The translations under genes were made by a program, and so were the position numbers. From Gammaproteobacteria bacterium (GTDB lineage Bacteria > Pseudomonadota > Gammaproteobacteria > Burkholderiales > SHXO01), in assembly GCA_041487115.1 (NCBI GenBank), contig JBGPMS010000001.1, positions 908 through 64,907 of the forward strand: a DNA stretch of 64,000 nt, read 5' to 3'. The notes beneath the pieces were generated by a model that was not told the DNA's origin, did no database searches, and saw only the letters and a list, made by a program, of their open reading frames with translations. Shown in pieces: positions 38,522-47,991 of this stretch; within the stretch, counting starts at the first letter, position 1; every line of letters begins with the position of its first letter.

Positions 38522-39916
38522 ATGAGCATCCGCCGCTGGCACAGGTATTTCGAGGACTGCAAGACCGCCGCGCGCGAGAGCCAGCCGTTTACCGTCAGCG
38601 GCCGCCTCACGCGGGTCGCAGGGCTGGTGATGGAGGCAGTCGGACTGAAGCTGCCGGTGGGAAACAGCTGCTACATCCTTACGCCGAGCGGCCAGCAGGT
38701 GGACGCCGAGGTAGTCGGGTTCTCCGGCGAGCGCCTGTTTCTGATGCCTTCCACCGACATTTTCGGGCTGAAGCCCGGGGCGCTGGTGATTCCCATCGAC
38801 CCGGCGATAACGCGGGTGCCGCAGCTGGGCGAAGATTTCACGCCGCGCCGGCGCGCCGAGGACCGGGCCAAGCAGGTACCGGTCGGTCCGGCATTGCTCG
38901 GGCGGGTGGTGGATGGCGCCGGGCGGGCGCTCGACGAGCACGGTGCCCTGCCCCTGGAGCGCTACGTACCCCTGCACAGCCGGCCAACCAATCCGCTGCA
39001 GCGCGCGCCGATCCGCGTTGTGCTGGACGTAGGCGTGCGGGCCATCAACACGTTGCTCACGGTCGGCCGCGGCCAGCGGCTAGGCCTGTTTGCCGGAAGC
39101 GGCGTGGGCAAGAGCGTGCTGCTCGGCATGATGGCGCGCTACACCAGCGCCGATATCGTGGTGGTGGGGTTGATCGGCGAGCGCGGCCGCGAGGTACGTG
39201 AGTTCGTCGAGAACATCCTCGGCCCGAACGGCCTGGCGCGCTCGGTCGTGGTGGCCGCGCCGGCCGATTCGCCGCCGTTGATGAGGCTGCACGGCGCCGC
39301 CTACGCCACGGCGGTGGCCGAGTTTTTCCGCGATCAAGGCAAGCACGTGCTGCTGATCATGGATTCGCTCACACGCTTCGCCATGGCGCAACGCGAGGTG
39401 AGCCTGGCGATCGGCGAGCCCCCTGCAACCAAGGGCTACACGCCATCGGTTTTCGCCAAGCTGCCGCAGCTGGTCGAGCGGGCCGGTAACGGTGCCGACG
39501 AGCGCGGGTCCATCACCGCCTTCTATACCGTGCTGACCGAAGGCGACGACCTGCAGGATCCCATCGCCGATGCGGCGCGAGCGATCCTCGACGGCCATAT
39601 CGTCCTTACCCGCGACCTCGCTGATCAGGGTCACTATCCCGCCATCGACATCGAGGCCTCCATCAGCCGTGCCATGACCGAGCTGCTCGGGCCGCAGGAC
39701 CTGGAGGCCGCGCGCCTGTTCAAGCAGCTCTTCTCCGCCTATCGGCGTGCGCGCGATCTGGTCGCGGTGGGCGCCTATGTGCGCGGCAGCGATCCAGTGG
39801 TGGATCGCGCCATCGTGCTGTATCCCCAGCTTGTCGCCTTCCTGCAGCAGGACATGCTGTTTCGATCGTCGGTGGAAGAGGGCACGCAGCGCCTGAGCCA
39901 GCTGCTCGCCGAGTGA
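38522..39916 (+). CDS. fliI: flagellum-specific ATPase FliI
   Basis: Walker [12 protein letters not shown], Walker [12 protein letters not shown]1/T3SS ATPase family. Confidence 0.93.
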   Translation: MSIRRWHRYFEDCKTAARESQPFTVSGRLTRVAGLVMEAVGLKLPVGNSCYILTPSGQQVDAEVVGFSGERLFLMPSTDIFGLKPGALVIPIDPAITRVPQLGEDFTPRRRAEDRAKQVPVGPALLGRVVDGAGRALDEHGALPLERYVPLHSRPTNPLQRAPIRVVLDVGVRAINTLLTVGRGQRLGLFAGSGVGKSVLLGMMARYTSADIVVVGLIGERGREVREFVENILGPNGLARSVVVAAPADSPPLMRLHGAAYATAVAEFFRDQGKHVLLIMDSLTRFAMAQREVSLAIGEPPATKGYTPSVFAKLPQLVERAGNGADERGSITAFYTVLTEGDDLQDPIADAARAILDGHIVLTRDLADQGHYPAIDIEASISRAMTELLGPQDLEAARLFKQLFSAYRRARDLVAVGAYVRGSDPVVDRAIVLYPQLVAFLQQDMLFRSSVEEGTQRLSQLLAE

Positions 39917-39917
39917 G

Positions 39918-40367
39918 ATGGCACGCCCGTTTCGCCTCCAGCTGGTGCTCGACCTCGCTCTGCAGCGCGTCGATGCGGCGACCAGCGAGCTGCAGCGGCT
40001 GCGCGCGCAGTGGAACGAAGCGCAGAGCAAGCTGGAGCAGCTTGAGGCCTACGCGACGGAATACTCGACCGGGCTCAGCGCTCGGTTGGCCCAGGGGATG
40101 CCGGTGCATCAGCTCAACGACTATCGCCTGTTCCAGAGCAAGCTCGCGCGGGCTATCCAGGCGCAGAGCGAGGAGGTGGATCGGCGACACCGCGCCTGGG
40201 ACGACGCGCACGCCCGCTGGCTGGGTCTGAGGCGGCGGCACCAGGCGCTGGGGGTGCTGGCGCAGCGCCACGTCGCAGCCGAGGCTCTGGTCGAGGCACG
40301 GCGCGAGCAGAAGGAGCAGGACGAGTTCGCGCTCAAGGCGGTTAAGGAGCCTCCATTTCGCCGCTAG
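39918..40367 (+). CDS. fliJ: flagellar export chaperone FliJ
   Basis: 149-aa coiled-coil protein directly after fliI. Confidence 0.8.
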   Translation: MARPFRLQLVLDLALQRVDAATSELQRLRAQWNEAQSKLEQLEAYATEYSTGLSARLAQGMPVHQLNDYRLFQSKLARAIQAQSEEVDRRHRAWDDAHARWLGLRRRHQALGVLAQRHVAAEALVEARREQKEQDEFALKAVKEPPFRR

Positions 40368-40438
40368 CCCGGCATTTCTTGCCGCGTCTCGGGTTTGACA
40401 GTCGGCGGGTTCGCCTTGGCGGCGCGCGGATGGGTTAG

Positions 40439-40454
40439 TGGCACGGCGATTGCA
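40439..40454 (+). promoter_or_regulatory. sigma-54 (-24/-12) promoter upstream of fliK
   Basis: TGGCACggcgaTTGCA, an exact consensus match, 55 nt upstream of the fliK ATG. Confidence 0.75.
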
Positions 40455-40508
40455 GAGTATGCCTCGCACCATCCACCAATCCCACCGAACCGACAGGCAC
40501 GATCAACC

Positions 40509-41750
40509 ATGGCTTCGCTTCCCTCTGTGCCGTCTACACTCGTTCCTGCTGCCGCGAGCCAGGCTCGCAGCGTTGGGCCGAATGACCGCAGCGTCACGTC
40601 CAACGATCGCAGCGCAGCGCCGAGTGACCGCAGCGTAGCGCCTAGCGATCGCAGCGTCGCATCGAGCAATCGCAACGTCGCCCCGAATGACGGCAGCACG
40701 GCGCCCAATGCCTCCGGCGTAGCGCCGGTCGAGAGCGGGGCTGCACCGCATCAGGCGGACGGATCCGCCTCCTTCGAATCCGTGCTGGAAGCCCAGCTCG
40801 GTCTGCCCTCCGGGGCGAAGCTCGCGCCCCTTGTGCAGGGCACGGACGGAGCGTCCCCGACCGGCGGGTCTCGAACGAAGGAACATGAGACGAAGCAGGT
40901 CGCCACCGCGGAGCCTGCTGCGGCATTCTGGCTTCTTCCTGCCAATATGCTCGTGCCTCCCGCGTCCAACGCGGTCCCATCTGCCGGGGATGCGGTCCTG
41001 GCGGCACACGATGGCCGGCAAGACGGCGGCAGGGCGTTGCCGCCGGTGCCGGGTGCATTTGCCGCTGCGGCCGACCCAGTCGCCTCCCAGGCCGGTGCCG
41101 AGGCTGCCAATGATCCGGCCGGGAAACTCGCGGCCCCGGCAAACTTTGCCGCCACTCTGCAAGGCTTGCCGGCGACCGAGGCAGAGGATAAGCATGCCAC
41201 CGAACCAGCGACCCTCAGCTCGAGCGCGGCGCCCGATCCAGGTTCGCCCGTCCCGCCGCTACCGGTTGGGGAGCGCCGGTTGGAGGGGACGCAGGGGTCG
41301 CCGCAGCCGGCCAATACGATTCCGGGTGTGGTTGGAGAGCCGCACTGGGGTGACGCCTTCTCGCAACGCGTGGTTTGGATGGTCGGGCAGCAGGTGCATT
41401 CGGCGCAGTTTCGTGTCGAGCCTCCGCAGCTCGGTCCGATCGAGGTGAAACTGTCGATCACCAACGACCAGGCCACGCTGACCTTCGCTGCTCCCCACGC
41501 AGCCGCGCGCGAAGCGATCCAGATGTCGCTCCCACGTCTGCAAGAGATGCTGCTGGAGAGCGGCGTTACGCTGGGCAACGTCTTCGTGGGCGCACACACG
41601 CCGCAGAACCGACGCGACGCTGGCGCGGATGGCGGCGGCGCGGCGGGTACAAGGGGCGGCGCCGCCGGAGTAGCCGACTCTGAGTCGATCAGCATCGATT
41701 CGTCGGTGCAGGTGCGTCGCACGCTCGGGCTCGTCGATCTCTACGCGTAG
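40509..41750 (+). CDS. fliK: flagellar hook-length control protein FliK
   Basis: C-terminal Flg_hook domain (SAQFRVEPPQLGPIEVKLSITNDQATLTFAAPHAAAREAIQMSLPRLQEML) and an Ala/Pro-rich N-terminal ruler. ATG at 40509 chosen. Confidence 0.85.
   Translation: MASLPSVPSTLVPAAASQARSVGPNDRSVTSNDRSAAPSDRSVAPSDRSVASSNRNVAPNDGSTAPNASGVAPVESGAAPHQADGSASFESVLEAQLGLPSGAKLAPLVQGTDGASPTGGSRTKEHETKQVATAEPAAAFWLLPANMLVPPASNAVPSAGDAVLAAHDGRQDGGRALPPVPGAFAAAADPVASQAGAEAANDPAGKLAAPANFAATLQGLPATEAEDKHATEPATLSSSAAPDPGSPVPPLPVGERRLEGTQGSPQPANTIPGVVGEPHWGDAFSQRVVWMVGQQVHSAQFRVEPPQLGPIEVKLSITNDQATLTFAAPHAAAREAIQMSLPRLQEMLLESGVTLGNVFVGAHTPQNRRDAGADGGGAAGTRGGAAGVADSESISIDSSVQVRRTLGLVDLYA
40581..40727 (+). repeat. seven imperfect in-frame 21-bp tandem units inside fliK
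   Basis: Units encode NDRSVTS/NDRSAAP/SDRSVAP/SDRSVAS/SNRNVAP/NDGSTAP/NASGVAP. Read directly from the DNA. Confidence 0.85.
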
Positions 41751-42019
41751 GCGTCTGTCCGTTCCACCCCATCGGGGTTGAGCTGCCAGTCCCCCTCCGC
41801 TGCTGCGCCTGCAGAACAGCGGGCCGTTCGGCATCGGCTTGCTTCCCTTCTAGAAAGCACCTAAACTCCAGTCGAGACGCTATTGTTTTTCCAGTAGTTT
41901 ATGGAGATTTTCTCCTGGGGCTCTAGGACGCCGGCTCAGAATCGTCCGCGTTACGCCGATATTGGCTTGGAACCGCTTCGGTCGGCCCTCGACGGTATCT
42001 CAGAGCTGAAGGAAAACAA

Positions 42020-42625
42020 ATGGCTAAACAAAGCGATACGCAACCTGACGCCCCTCCGCAGAAGCCCGGCGGGAAGAAACGCCTGCTGATCGGGGCCGTG
42101 GCAGCAGTGCTGCTGGCTGTCGGTGGTGGTGGGGCCTGGCTTGTCATTGGCCACAAAGGCGACCCGCACGCGGCGAAAGCGAAAGCCAAACCGAGCGCGC
42201 CGCCGCTGTTCCTGACACTCGAGCCATTCGTGGTGAATCTAGCCGGCGACGTCCAACACTTCCTGCAGGTAGGCATCGACCTGCGCGTGGCGGACAGTTC
42301 GGTGTCGGAGCAGGTCAAGGCGCACTTGCCCGAAATTCGCAACGGCGTGCTCTTGCTCCTGTCGAGCAAAAAGGTGGAAGATCTCGCCAGCGTCGAGCAG
42401 AAGAATCGGTTGCGCGAAGAAATCCGGGACGCAGTCAACAGGCCGCTGGGGATTCAACCGCCGGTGCCCAGGCAGCCTGACGCGATGGCGCCCGCGGGCG
42501 ATCCCGCGCACCCGGTGAGCGAGGCGCAGGCAGCAGAGCCGCCCAGGCCGGCAGAGCCGGAGGCGGCACCGCAGCCGGACAGCGGAGTGCTCGAGGTGCT
42601 GCTTACATCGTTCGTGATCCAGTGA
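42020..42625 (+). CDS. fliL: flagellar basal-body-associated protein FliL (with C-terminal Pro/Ala-rich tail)
   Basis: TM segment, then LEPFVVNLAGD...FLQVGIDL...IRNGVLLLLSSK. GAAGGA RBS. Confidence 0.85.
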   Translation: MAKQSDTQPDAPPQKPGGKKRLLIGAVAAVLLAVGGGGAWLVIGHKGDPHAAKAKAKPSAPPLFLTLEPFVVNLAGDVQHFLQVGIDLRVADSSVSEQVKAHLPEIRNGVLLLLSSKKVEDLASVEQKNRLREEIRDAVNRPLGIQPPVPRQPDAMAPAGDPAHPVSEAQAAEPPRPAEPEAAPQPDSGVLEVLLTSFVIQ

Positions 42626-42642
42626 CAAAGGCAGCGGGGTAG

Positions 42643-43653
42643 ATGGCTGACGACATTCTGTCGCAGGAAGAAGTCGATGCGCTGTTGCGCGGCGTCACCG
42701 GCGAGACCGATGAAGCGCCCGCCATCGAGGACGCCGGAGGCGCCCGCCCCTACGACATCGGCCGGCAAGAGCGGATCGTCCGCGGCCGTATGCCCACGCT
42801 CGAACTGGTCAACGAGCGTTTTGCACGGCTGCTGCGCGCCGGGCTGTTCAATTTCATGCGCAAGAACGCAGAGATTTCCGTGGGGCCGGTGCGCGTGCTC
42901 AAGTTCAGTGAGTTCGTCCGCAACCTGGTGGTTCCCACCAATCTGAACCTGGTGCAGGTGAAGCCCCTGCGTGGCACGGCGCTGATGGTGATCGAGCCGA
43001 CGCTGGTATTTCAGGTGGTGGACAGCCTGTTCGGGGGCCACGGCCGTTTCCACACGCGGGTCGAAGGGCGCGATTTCACGCCCACCGAGATGCGCATCGT
43101 CCAGCGCCTGCTGCAAGTGGTGTTCGAGGAATATGAAAAGGCCTGGAAGCCGATCTTCTCGCTCAAGTTCGAGTACGTGCGCTCGGAGATGAACACCCAG
43201 TTCGCCAACATCGCCACGCCCACCGAGGTCGTGGTGGCGACCAGCTTCAGCATCGATCTGGGCACGGGCGGCGGCGATTTTCACCTGTGTATGCCCTATG
43301 CTATGCTGGAACCGATCCGCGCCCTGATCTACAGCAGCATCCAGGCGGATCGTTCGGATGCGGACGACCGTTGGGTCGCGATGCTGTCAACCCAGGTGTA
43401 CGGGGCCGAGGTGGAACTGGTGGCCAATCTGGCTTACGCCGAAGTGACCGTCGGGCAGCTGATGGCCTTGCAGACCGGCGACGTAGTCTCCGTCGATCTT
43501 CCCGACGTGCTGATCGGCGAGGTCGATGGCGTTCCCATCCTGGAGTGCAAATACGGGGTTATGAACGGTCAGTATGCGCTGAAGGTCGAGAAGGTCGTTG
43601 GCGGGACGCAGCCCGGCGGCGGAGGCAACGATGGCGGAAGACCTAAAGAGTGA
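42643..43653 (+). CDS. fliM: flagellar motor switch protein FliM
   Basis: N-terminal CheY-P binding motif ILSQEEVDALL plus the FliM middle domain. Confidence 0.92.
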   Translation: MADDILSQEEVDALLRGVTGETDEAPAIEDAGGARPYDIGRQERIVRGRMPTLELVNERFARLLRAGLFNFMRKNAEISVGPVRVLKFSEFVRNLVVPTNLNLVQVKPLRGTALMVIEPTLVFQVVDSLFGGHGRFHTRVEGRDFTPTEMRIVQRLLQVVFEEYEKAWKPIFSLKFEYVRSEMNTQFANIATPTEVVVATSFSIDLGTGGGDFHLCMPYAMLEPIRALIYSSIQADRSDADDRWVAMLSTQVYGAEVELVANLAYAEVTVGQLMALQTGDVVSVDLPDVLIGEVDGVPILECKYGVMNGQYALKVEKVVGGTQPGGGGNDGGRPKE

Positions 43654-44050
43654 CCTGAGCGCCGACGACTGGTCCGCCGCCATGGCGGAGCAGGAGAGCG
43701 CCTCGCGCAAGGGCTCCGTCACCTCCGGCGCGGCCGCGCAGGCGCGCGCGTTCCCCGAGCTGGCCGCCGGAGCCGGTGCCGCCGCCGCGGGGCGCATGGA
43801 CATGATCCTGGATATCCCGGTGCAGCTGACGGTCGAACTGGGCCGGACCAAGATCGCCATCCGCAATCTGCTGCAATTGGCTCAAGGTTCGGTCATCGAG
43901 TTGGACCGTCTGGCCGGCGAGCCCATGGACGTGCTGGTCAATGGATGCCTGATCGCGCAGGGCGAGGTCGTGGTGGTCAACGAAAAGTTCGGCATCCGCT
44001 TGACCGACGTCATCGCCCCCGACGAGCGTCTGCGCCGCCTGCATCGATGA
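43631..44050 (+). CDS. fliN: flagellar motor switch protein FliN
   Basis: SpoA domain LDIPVQLTVELGRTKIAIRNLLQLAQGSVIELD...VNGCLIAQGEVVVV. ATG at 43631 has a GGAGG RBS. Confidence 0.9.
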   Translation: MAEDLKSDLSADDWSAAMAEQESASRKGSVTSGAAAQARAFPELAAGAGAAAAGRMDMILDIPVQLTVELGRTKIAIRNLLQLAQGSVIELDRLAGEPMDVLVNGCLIAQGEVVVVNEKFGIRLTDVIAPDERLRRLHR

Positions 44051-44481
44051 ACCGGCTCGATCGAGCCCTGGTCGCTGGTCTAGTCTTTCTCCCCGCACTA
44101 CCCCCGATTGCCCAATCGGCCGACGGTGCCCCCGCCGGTGCCGTCTCGGTGGTGAGTCTGCTGCAGGTGATCCTCGCGCTGGGAGTGGTCCTGGCCGCCA
44201 TCGCGCTGTTCGCCTGGCTGCTGCGACGCTGGATGCCCGGACCAGCCGGCGCGGGTGGGTTCTTGCGCATCGTCGGCGGCGTGATGGTGGGGCCGAAGGA
44301 ACGGCTGCTGCTGGTCGAGGTCGGCGAGACGTGGCTGCTGGTAGGCGTGGCCACCAACAGCGTCAACCTGCTGCATACCATGCCCAAGCCTGCAGGTGCC
44401 GTGGTGGCCGCGGCGCCGGTTGCGCAGGGGTTCGCGCGCCTGCTCAAACAGGCGATTTCCGGCAAGCGCGAGGGCGGCTGA
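44047..44481 (+). CDS. fliO: flagellar biosynthesis protein FliO
   Basis: Single TM protein (LLQVILALGVVLAAIALFAWLL) between fliN and fliP. The ATG overlaps the fliN TGA. Confidence 0.8.
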   Translation: MNRLDRALVAGLVFLPALPPIAQSADGAPAGAVSVVSLLQVILALGVVLAAIALFAWLLRRWMPGPAGAGGFLRIVGGVMVGPKERLLLVEVGETWLLVGVATNSVNLLHTMPKPAGAVVAAAPVAQGFARLLKQAISGKREGG

Positions 44482-45213
44482 ATGCGCTGGCTTTTGCTGC
44501 TCCTGTTGGTGCTGCCGGGCAGCGTGCTGGCGCAGTCGGCGCTCCCGGCGGTGACCGTGCAGCCCGCTGCAGGCGGGGGGCAGACCTACTCGCTCACCAT
44601 CCAGACCCTGCTGTTTCTCACCTCGCTTACCTTCCTGCCGGCGGTGCTGCTGATGATGACTTCGTTCACGCGCATCATGATCGTGCTGTCGCTGGTGCGC
44701 CAAGCGCTGGGCACCGTTCAGGCACCGCCTAACCAGGTGCTGGTGGGCCTGTCGTTGTTTCTCACCTTCTTCGTCATGTCCCCGGTGCTCGACCGCATCT
44801 ACACCGACGCCTATCTGCCGTTCTCGGAACGGCGTATCGGCGTCAACGAGGCGTTGGAGCGCGGCTCGGTGCCGCTCAAGACGTTCATGCTGCGCCAGAC
44901 GCGCGAATCCGACCTCGCGCTGTTCGCCAGGCTCGCCAACCAGCCCGAGTTGAAGGGACCGGAGCAGGTGCCCATGAAGATCCTGGTACCGGCCTATGTG
45001 ATCTCCGAGCTGAAGACCGCCTTCCAGATCGGGTTCGTGGTGTTCATCCCGTTCCTCATCATCGACCTCGTCGTGTCGAGCGTGCTCATGTCCATGGGCA
45101 TGATGATGCTCTCGCCAGTGATCATCTCGCTGCCGTTCAAGCTCATGCTGTTCGTGCTGGTGGACGGGTGGAACCTGCTGGTGGGCTCGCTGGTGCGAAG
45201 CTTCTATACCTGA
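44482..45213 (+). CDS. fliP: flagellar export apparatus protein FliP
   Basis: [29 protein letters not shown] and [18 protein letters not shown]. Confidence 0.93.
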   Translation: MRWLLLLLLVLPGSVLAQSALPAVTVQPAAGGGQTYSLTIQTLLFLTSLTFLPAVLLMMTSFTRIMIVLSLVRQALGTVQAPPNQVLVGLSLFLTFFVMSPVLDRIYTDAYLPFSERRIGVNEALERGSVPLKTFMLRQTRESDLALFARLANQPELKGPEQVPMKILVPAYVISELKTAFQIGFVVFIPFLIIDLVVSSVLMSMGMMMLSPVIISLPFKLMLFVLVDGWNLLVGSLVRSFYT

Positions 45214-45220
45214 CCGATCC

Positions 45221-45490
45221 ATGACTCCGGAACTGGTAACCAGCCTGGTGCAGCAGGCCCTCGAAGTCACTATCCTGCTGTCGGCACCGCTGCTGCTCAC
45301 CGCACTGGTGACGGGCTTGGTTGTGAGCATATTTCAGGCGGCGACTCAGATCAACGAGATGACGCTGTCCTTCATCCCCAAGCTCCTGGCCATCTTCGCT
45401 GCGCTGGTGCTGGCCGGGCCGTGGATGCTGAACGTCATCGTCGACTTCACCCGCCGCCTGATTGAAGGCATTCCCGGGATGATCGGGTAG
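45221..45490 (+). CDS. fliQ: flagellar export apparatus protein FliQ
   Basis: 89 aa with two TM helices. VSIFQAATQINEMTLSFIPK. Confidence 0.9.
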   Translation: MTPELVTSLVQQALEVTILLSAPLLLTALVTGLVVSIFQAATQINEMTLSFIPKLLAIFAALVLAGPWMLNVIVDFTRRLIEGIPGMIG

Positions 45491-45631
45491 AACCGCCGCA
45501 GGATCGCAGCGCGGGCGTCCCGCCCGGCTTGACCGGCGAACCGGCCGTTCAGTTCGCGTTGCCTCCAAGACGGCGAGGCCGGCAGTGGCGACTGGGGATC
45601 GTTTTTTGAACCTCTACTATCGGGCTGGACC

Positions 45632-46423
45632 ATGATTACGGTCACGAGCGGCCAGTGGTACGCCTGGATCGCCATGTTCCTTTGGCCTTTTCTGCGCGTC
45701 TTTGGACTAGTGCTGGCCGAGCCGATACTCGGTCACGCCAGCGTTCCACAGCGCGCCAAGATCGGCCTCGCGATTTTCATCACGCTGGTACTCGCACCGG
45801 TCCTGCCGCCCCTGCCGGCGGTGGAGCCGAGCTCCGCCGCCGGGATCCTGATCGGCGTGCAGCAACTATTGATCGGGCTGGCTATGGGCTTCACGCTGCG
45901 CATCGCGCTGACCGGCATCGAGGCTGCCGGCCATCTCATCGGCCTGCAGATGGGGCTCGGTTTCGCGGTATTCTTCGATCCGCAAAGCAGTGCCCAGACC
46001 GCGGTCGTGGGCCAGTTCCTGGGATTGTTCGCCATCCTGATCTTCCTTTCCATCGACGGACATGTCCTGCTCATCACAGCGCTAGCGCACACATTCACCA
46101 CGTTGCCGATCAGCGCCGAGCCGGTGACCCCGATGGGCTGGCGGCTGCTGGTAGGGTGGGGCGGCGAGATCTTCCGTACCGGGCTGATCATCTCCTTGCC
46201 GGTGGTAGCGGCGCTGCTCGTCGCCAACATTGCCATAGGGATCATGACGCGCGCCGCGCCGCAACTGAACATCTTTGCCGTGGGGTTTCCGCTCACGCTG
46301 GCGGTGGGTTTCTTCGCTCTATGGCTGGCCGTACCCTTCATGGGCCCGCAAATCGCGAGCCTGTTCGAGCAGGCGGTTCTGGTCGGCCTGAGCATTGTCG
46401 AGCACCTCGCCCCCGCGCGCTGA
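45632..46423 (+). CDS. fliR: flagellar export apparatus protein FliR
   Basis: 263-aa polytopic protein with the FliR/EscT pattern (FLWPFLRVFGLVLAEPILG). Confidence 0.88.
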   Translation: MITVTSGQWYAWIAMFLWPFLRVFGLVLAEPILGHASVPQRAKIGLAIFITLVLAPVLPPLPAVEPSSAAGILIGVQQLLIGLAMGFTLRIALTGIEAAGHLIGLQMGLGFAVFFDPQSSAQTAVVGQFLGLFAILIFLSIDGHVLLITALAHTFTTLPISAEPVTPMGWRLLVGWGGEIFRTGLIISLPVVAALLVANIAIGIMTRAAPQLNIFAVGFPLTLAVGFFALWLAVPFMGPQIASLFEQAVLVGLSIVEHLAPAR

Positions 46424-46428
46424 TCTGC

Positions 46429-47007
46429 ATGAGCCCGAGCACGCACTCTTCCATCTCCGCGCCGTCCGATTGGGTCCGTCGCTTTGCTCCGTTGATCCCG
46501 GCGGCGGGTCACGTGCTCGATCTCGCCTGCGGCGAGGGCCGGCATGCGCGGTTCCTGGCCGAGCTTGGGTATCGGGTCTCAGCCGTGGACCGTGATGAAC
46601 AGGCGTTGGCCTGCCTTGCGGGCGTCCCCGGCATCGAGGTCAAGGCTGCTGACGTGGAGCACGGCCCCTGGCCCTATCCCGGCCAGCGCTTCGCCGGCAT
46701 CGTCGTCGTAAACTACCTGTGCCGGTCGCTGTTTCCAGTGCTGCTGGAAAGCCTGGAGACGAGCGGAATTCTGGTGTACGAGACCTTCGCGCGCGGGAAC
46801 GAACGCTACGGGCACCCGTCCAATCCGCAGTTCCTGTTGCAGCCGGGCGAACTGCTGGGCGTGCTGTCGGGGCGGCTGCGTGTCATCGCCTACGAGGACC
46901 TGTTCGTTACGCAACCGAAGCAGGCTCTGGTGCAGCGCATCTGCGCAGTGAACGCGGATGAGGTTCCGAGATCCCGACAGCCGCCGCCTGCGGAGGGATT
47001 GGGTTAG
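46429..47007 (+). CDS. class I SAM-dependent methyltransferase
   Basis: Motif I VLDLACGEGRHARFLAELG. Start moved to the ATG at 46429, because the upstream part of track ORF 45655.. overlaps fliR out of frame. Confidence 0.7.
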   Translation: MSPSTHSSISAPSDWVRRFAPLIPAAGHVLDLACGEGRHARFLAELGYRVSAVDRDEQALACLAGVPGIEVKAADVEHGPWPYPGQRFAGIVVVNYLCRSLFPVLLESLETSGILVYETFARGNERYGHPSNPQFLLQPGELLGVLSGRLRVIAYEDLFVTQPKQALVQRICAVNADEVPRSRQPPPAEGLG

Positions 47008-47076
47008 AATCCCGGCTGCGTCGGCGCCGCCTGCAGCACGATGGCGCGGCAACTCACTGACCGGGGAGTTTAAAAT

Positions 47077-47970
47077 ATGTTGAAGGGCAGCCTGGTAGCC
47101 ATCGTCTCGCCGATGTCGGAGGACGGCAACCTCGACCTCGAGGCCCTGCGTCGCCTCATCGACTGGCACATCGCCGAAGGCACGGACGGCATCGTTGTAG
47201 TCGGCACTACTGGCGAATCGCCGACTGTCGACTTCGAGGAGCACTGCCAGCTCATCAAAACCAGCGTCGAGCATGTGGCCGGCAGGATCCCGGTTATCGC
47301 CGGCACCGGTGCCAACTCGACCAGCGAGGCGATCGAGCTGCAGGGCTTCGCCAAGAAAGCGGGCGCCGATCTGTGCCTGTCGGTGGTGCCTTACTACAAC
47401 AAACCGACTCAGGAGGGGCTGTATCGCCACTTCAAGGCCATCGCCGAAACGGTCGACATCCCGATGATCGTGTACAACGTGCCGGGGCGCACGGTGTGCG
47501 ACATGCAGAACGACACCGCGCTGCGCCTGGCGCAGGTGCCCAACGTCGTGGGCATCAAGGATGCCACGGCCAACCTCGAGCGCGGCTCCGACTTGATTCG
47601 CCGTGCTCCGAAGGATTTCGCCATCTACAGCGGGGATGATGCGACGACGCTCGCGTTGTTGCTCCTGGGCGGCGACGGAGTCATCTCGGTCACCGCCAAT
47701 GCAGCGCCGGCTCTGATGCACGAACTGTGCGCCGCGGCTTTCGCCGGTGACCTCGCCAAGGCGCGTTCTGTCAACAACAAGCTGCTCGGGCTGCACCGGC
47801 ACCTGTTCGTGGAGGCCAATCCGATTCCCGTCAAATGGGTGCTGCAGGAGATGGGGCTGATCGGGGGCGGCATCCGGCTGCCACTGACGCCGCTGTCCTC
47901 GTCTTTTCACGACCTGTTGCGCGGTGCCATGGAGCAGGCCGGAATCGCCGCGCGCGTGCCGGTGGCCTGA
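47077..47970 (+). CDS. dapA: 4-hydroxy-tetrahydrodipicolinate synthase
   Basis: [18 protein letters not shown], and the active-site K context VGIKDA. Confidence 0.93.
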   Translation: MLKGSLVAIVSPMSEDGNLDLEALRRLIDWHIAEGTDGIVVVGTTGESPTVDFEEHCQLIKTSVEHVAGRIPVIAGTGANSTSEAIELQGFAKKAGADLCLSVVPYYNKPTQEGLYRHFKAIAETVDIPMIVYNVPGRTVCDMQNDTALRLAQVPNVVGIKDATANLERGSDLIRRAPKDFAIYSGDDATTLALLLLGGDGVISVTANAAPALMHELCAAAFAGDLAKARSVNNKLLGLHRHLFVEANPIPVKWVLQEMGLIGGGIRLPLTPLSSSFHDLLRGAMEQAGIAARVPVA

Positions 47971-47991
47971 GCCGAAGCCCGAACCAGTCAG

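Noticed and set aside
41829-41842. Sigma-54-like motif CGGCATCGGCTTGC upstream of fliL
   Set aside because: The GG-to-GC spacing is one nucleotide short of the obligatory spacing seen in the two exact sites, so it is not called.
41955-41962. GCCGATAT, a sigma-28 -10-like octamer upstream of fliL
   Set aside because: The sequence at the corresponding -35 position (TCAGAATC) matches TAAAGTTT at only about 3 of 8 positions, which is too weak to call a promoter.
45491-45631. Unusual 141-bp gap between fliQ and fliR with a T6 run (around 45603-45608)
   Set aside because: No convincing GC-rich hairpin precedes the T-run and no ORF or known motif was seen. It is probably just an extended intercistronic region.
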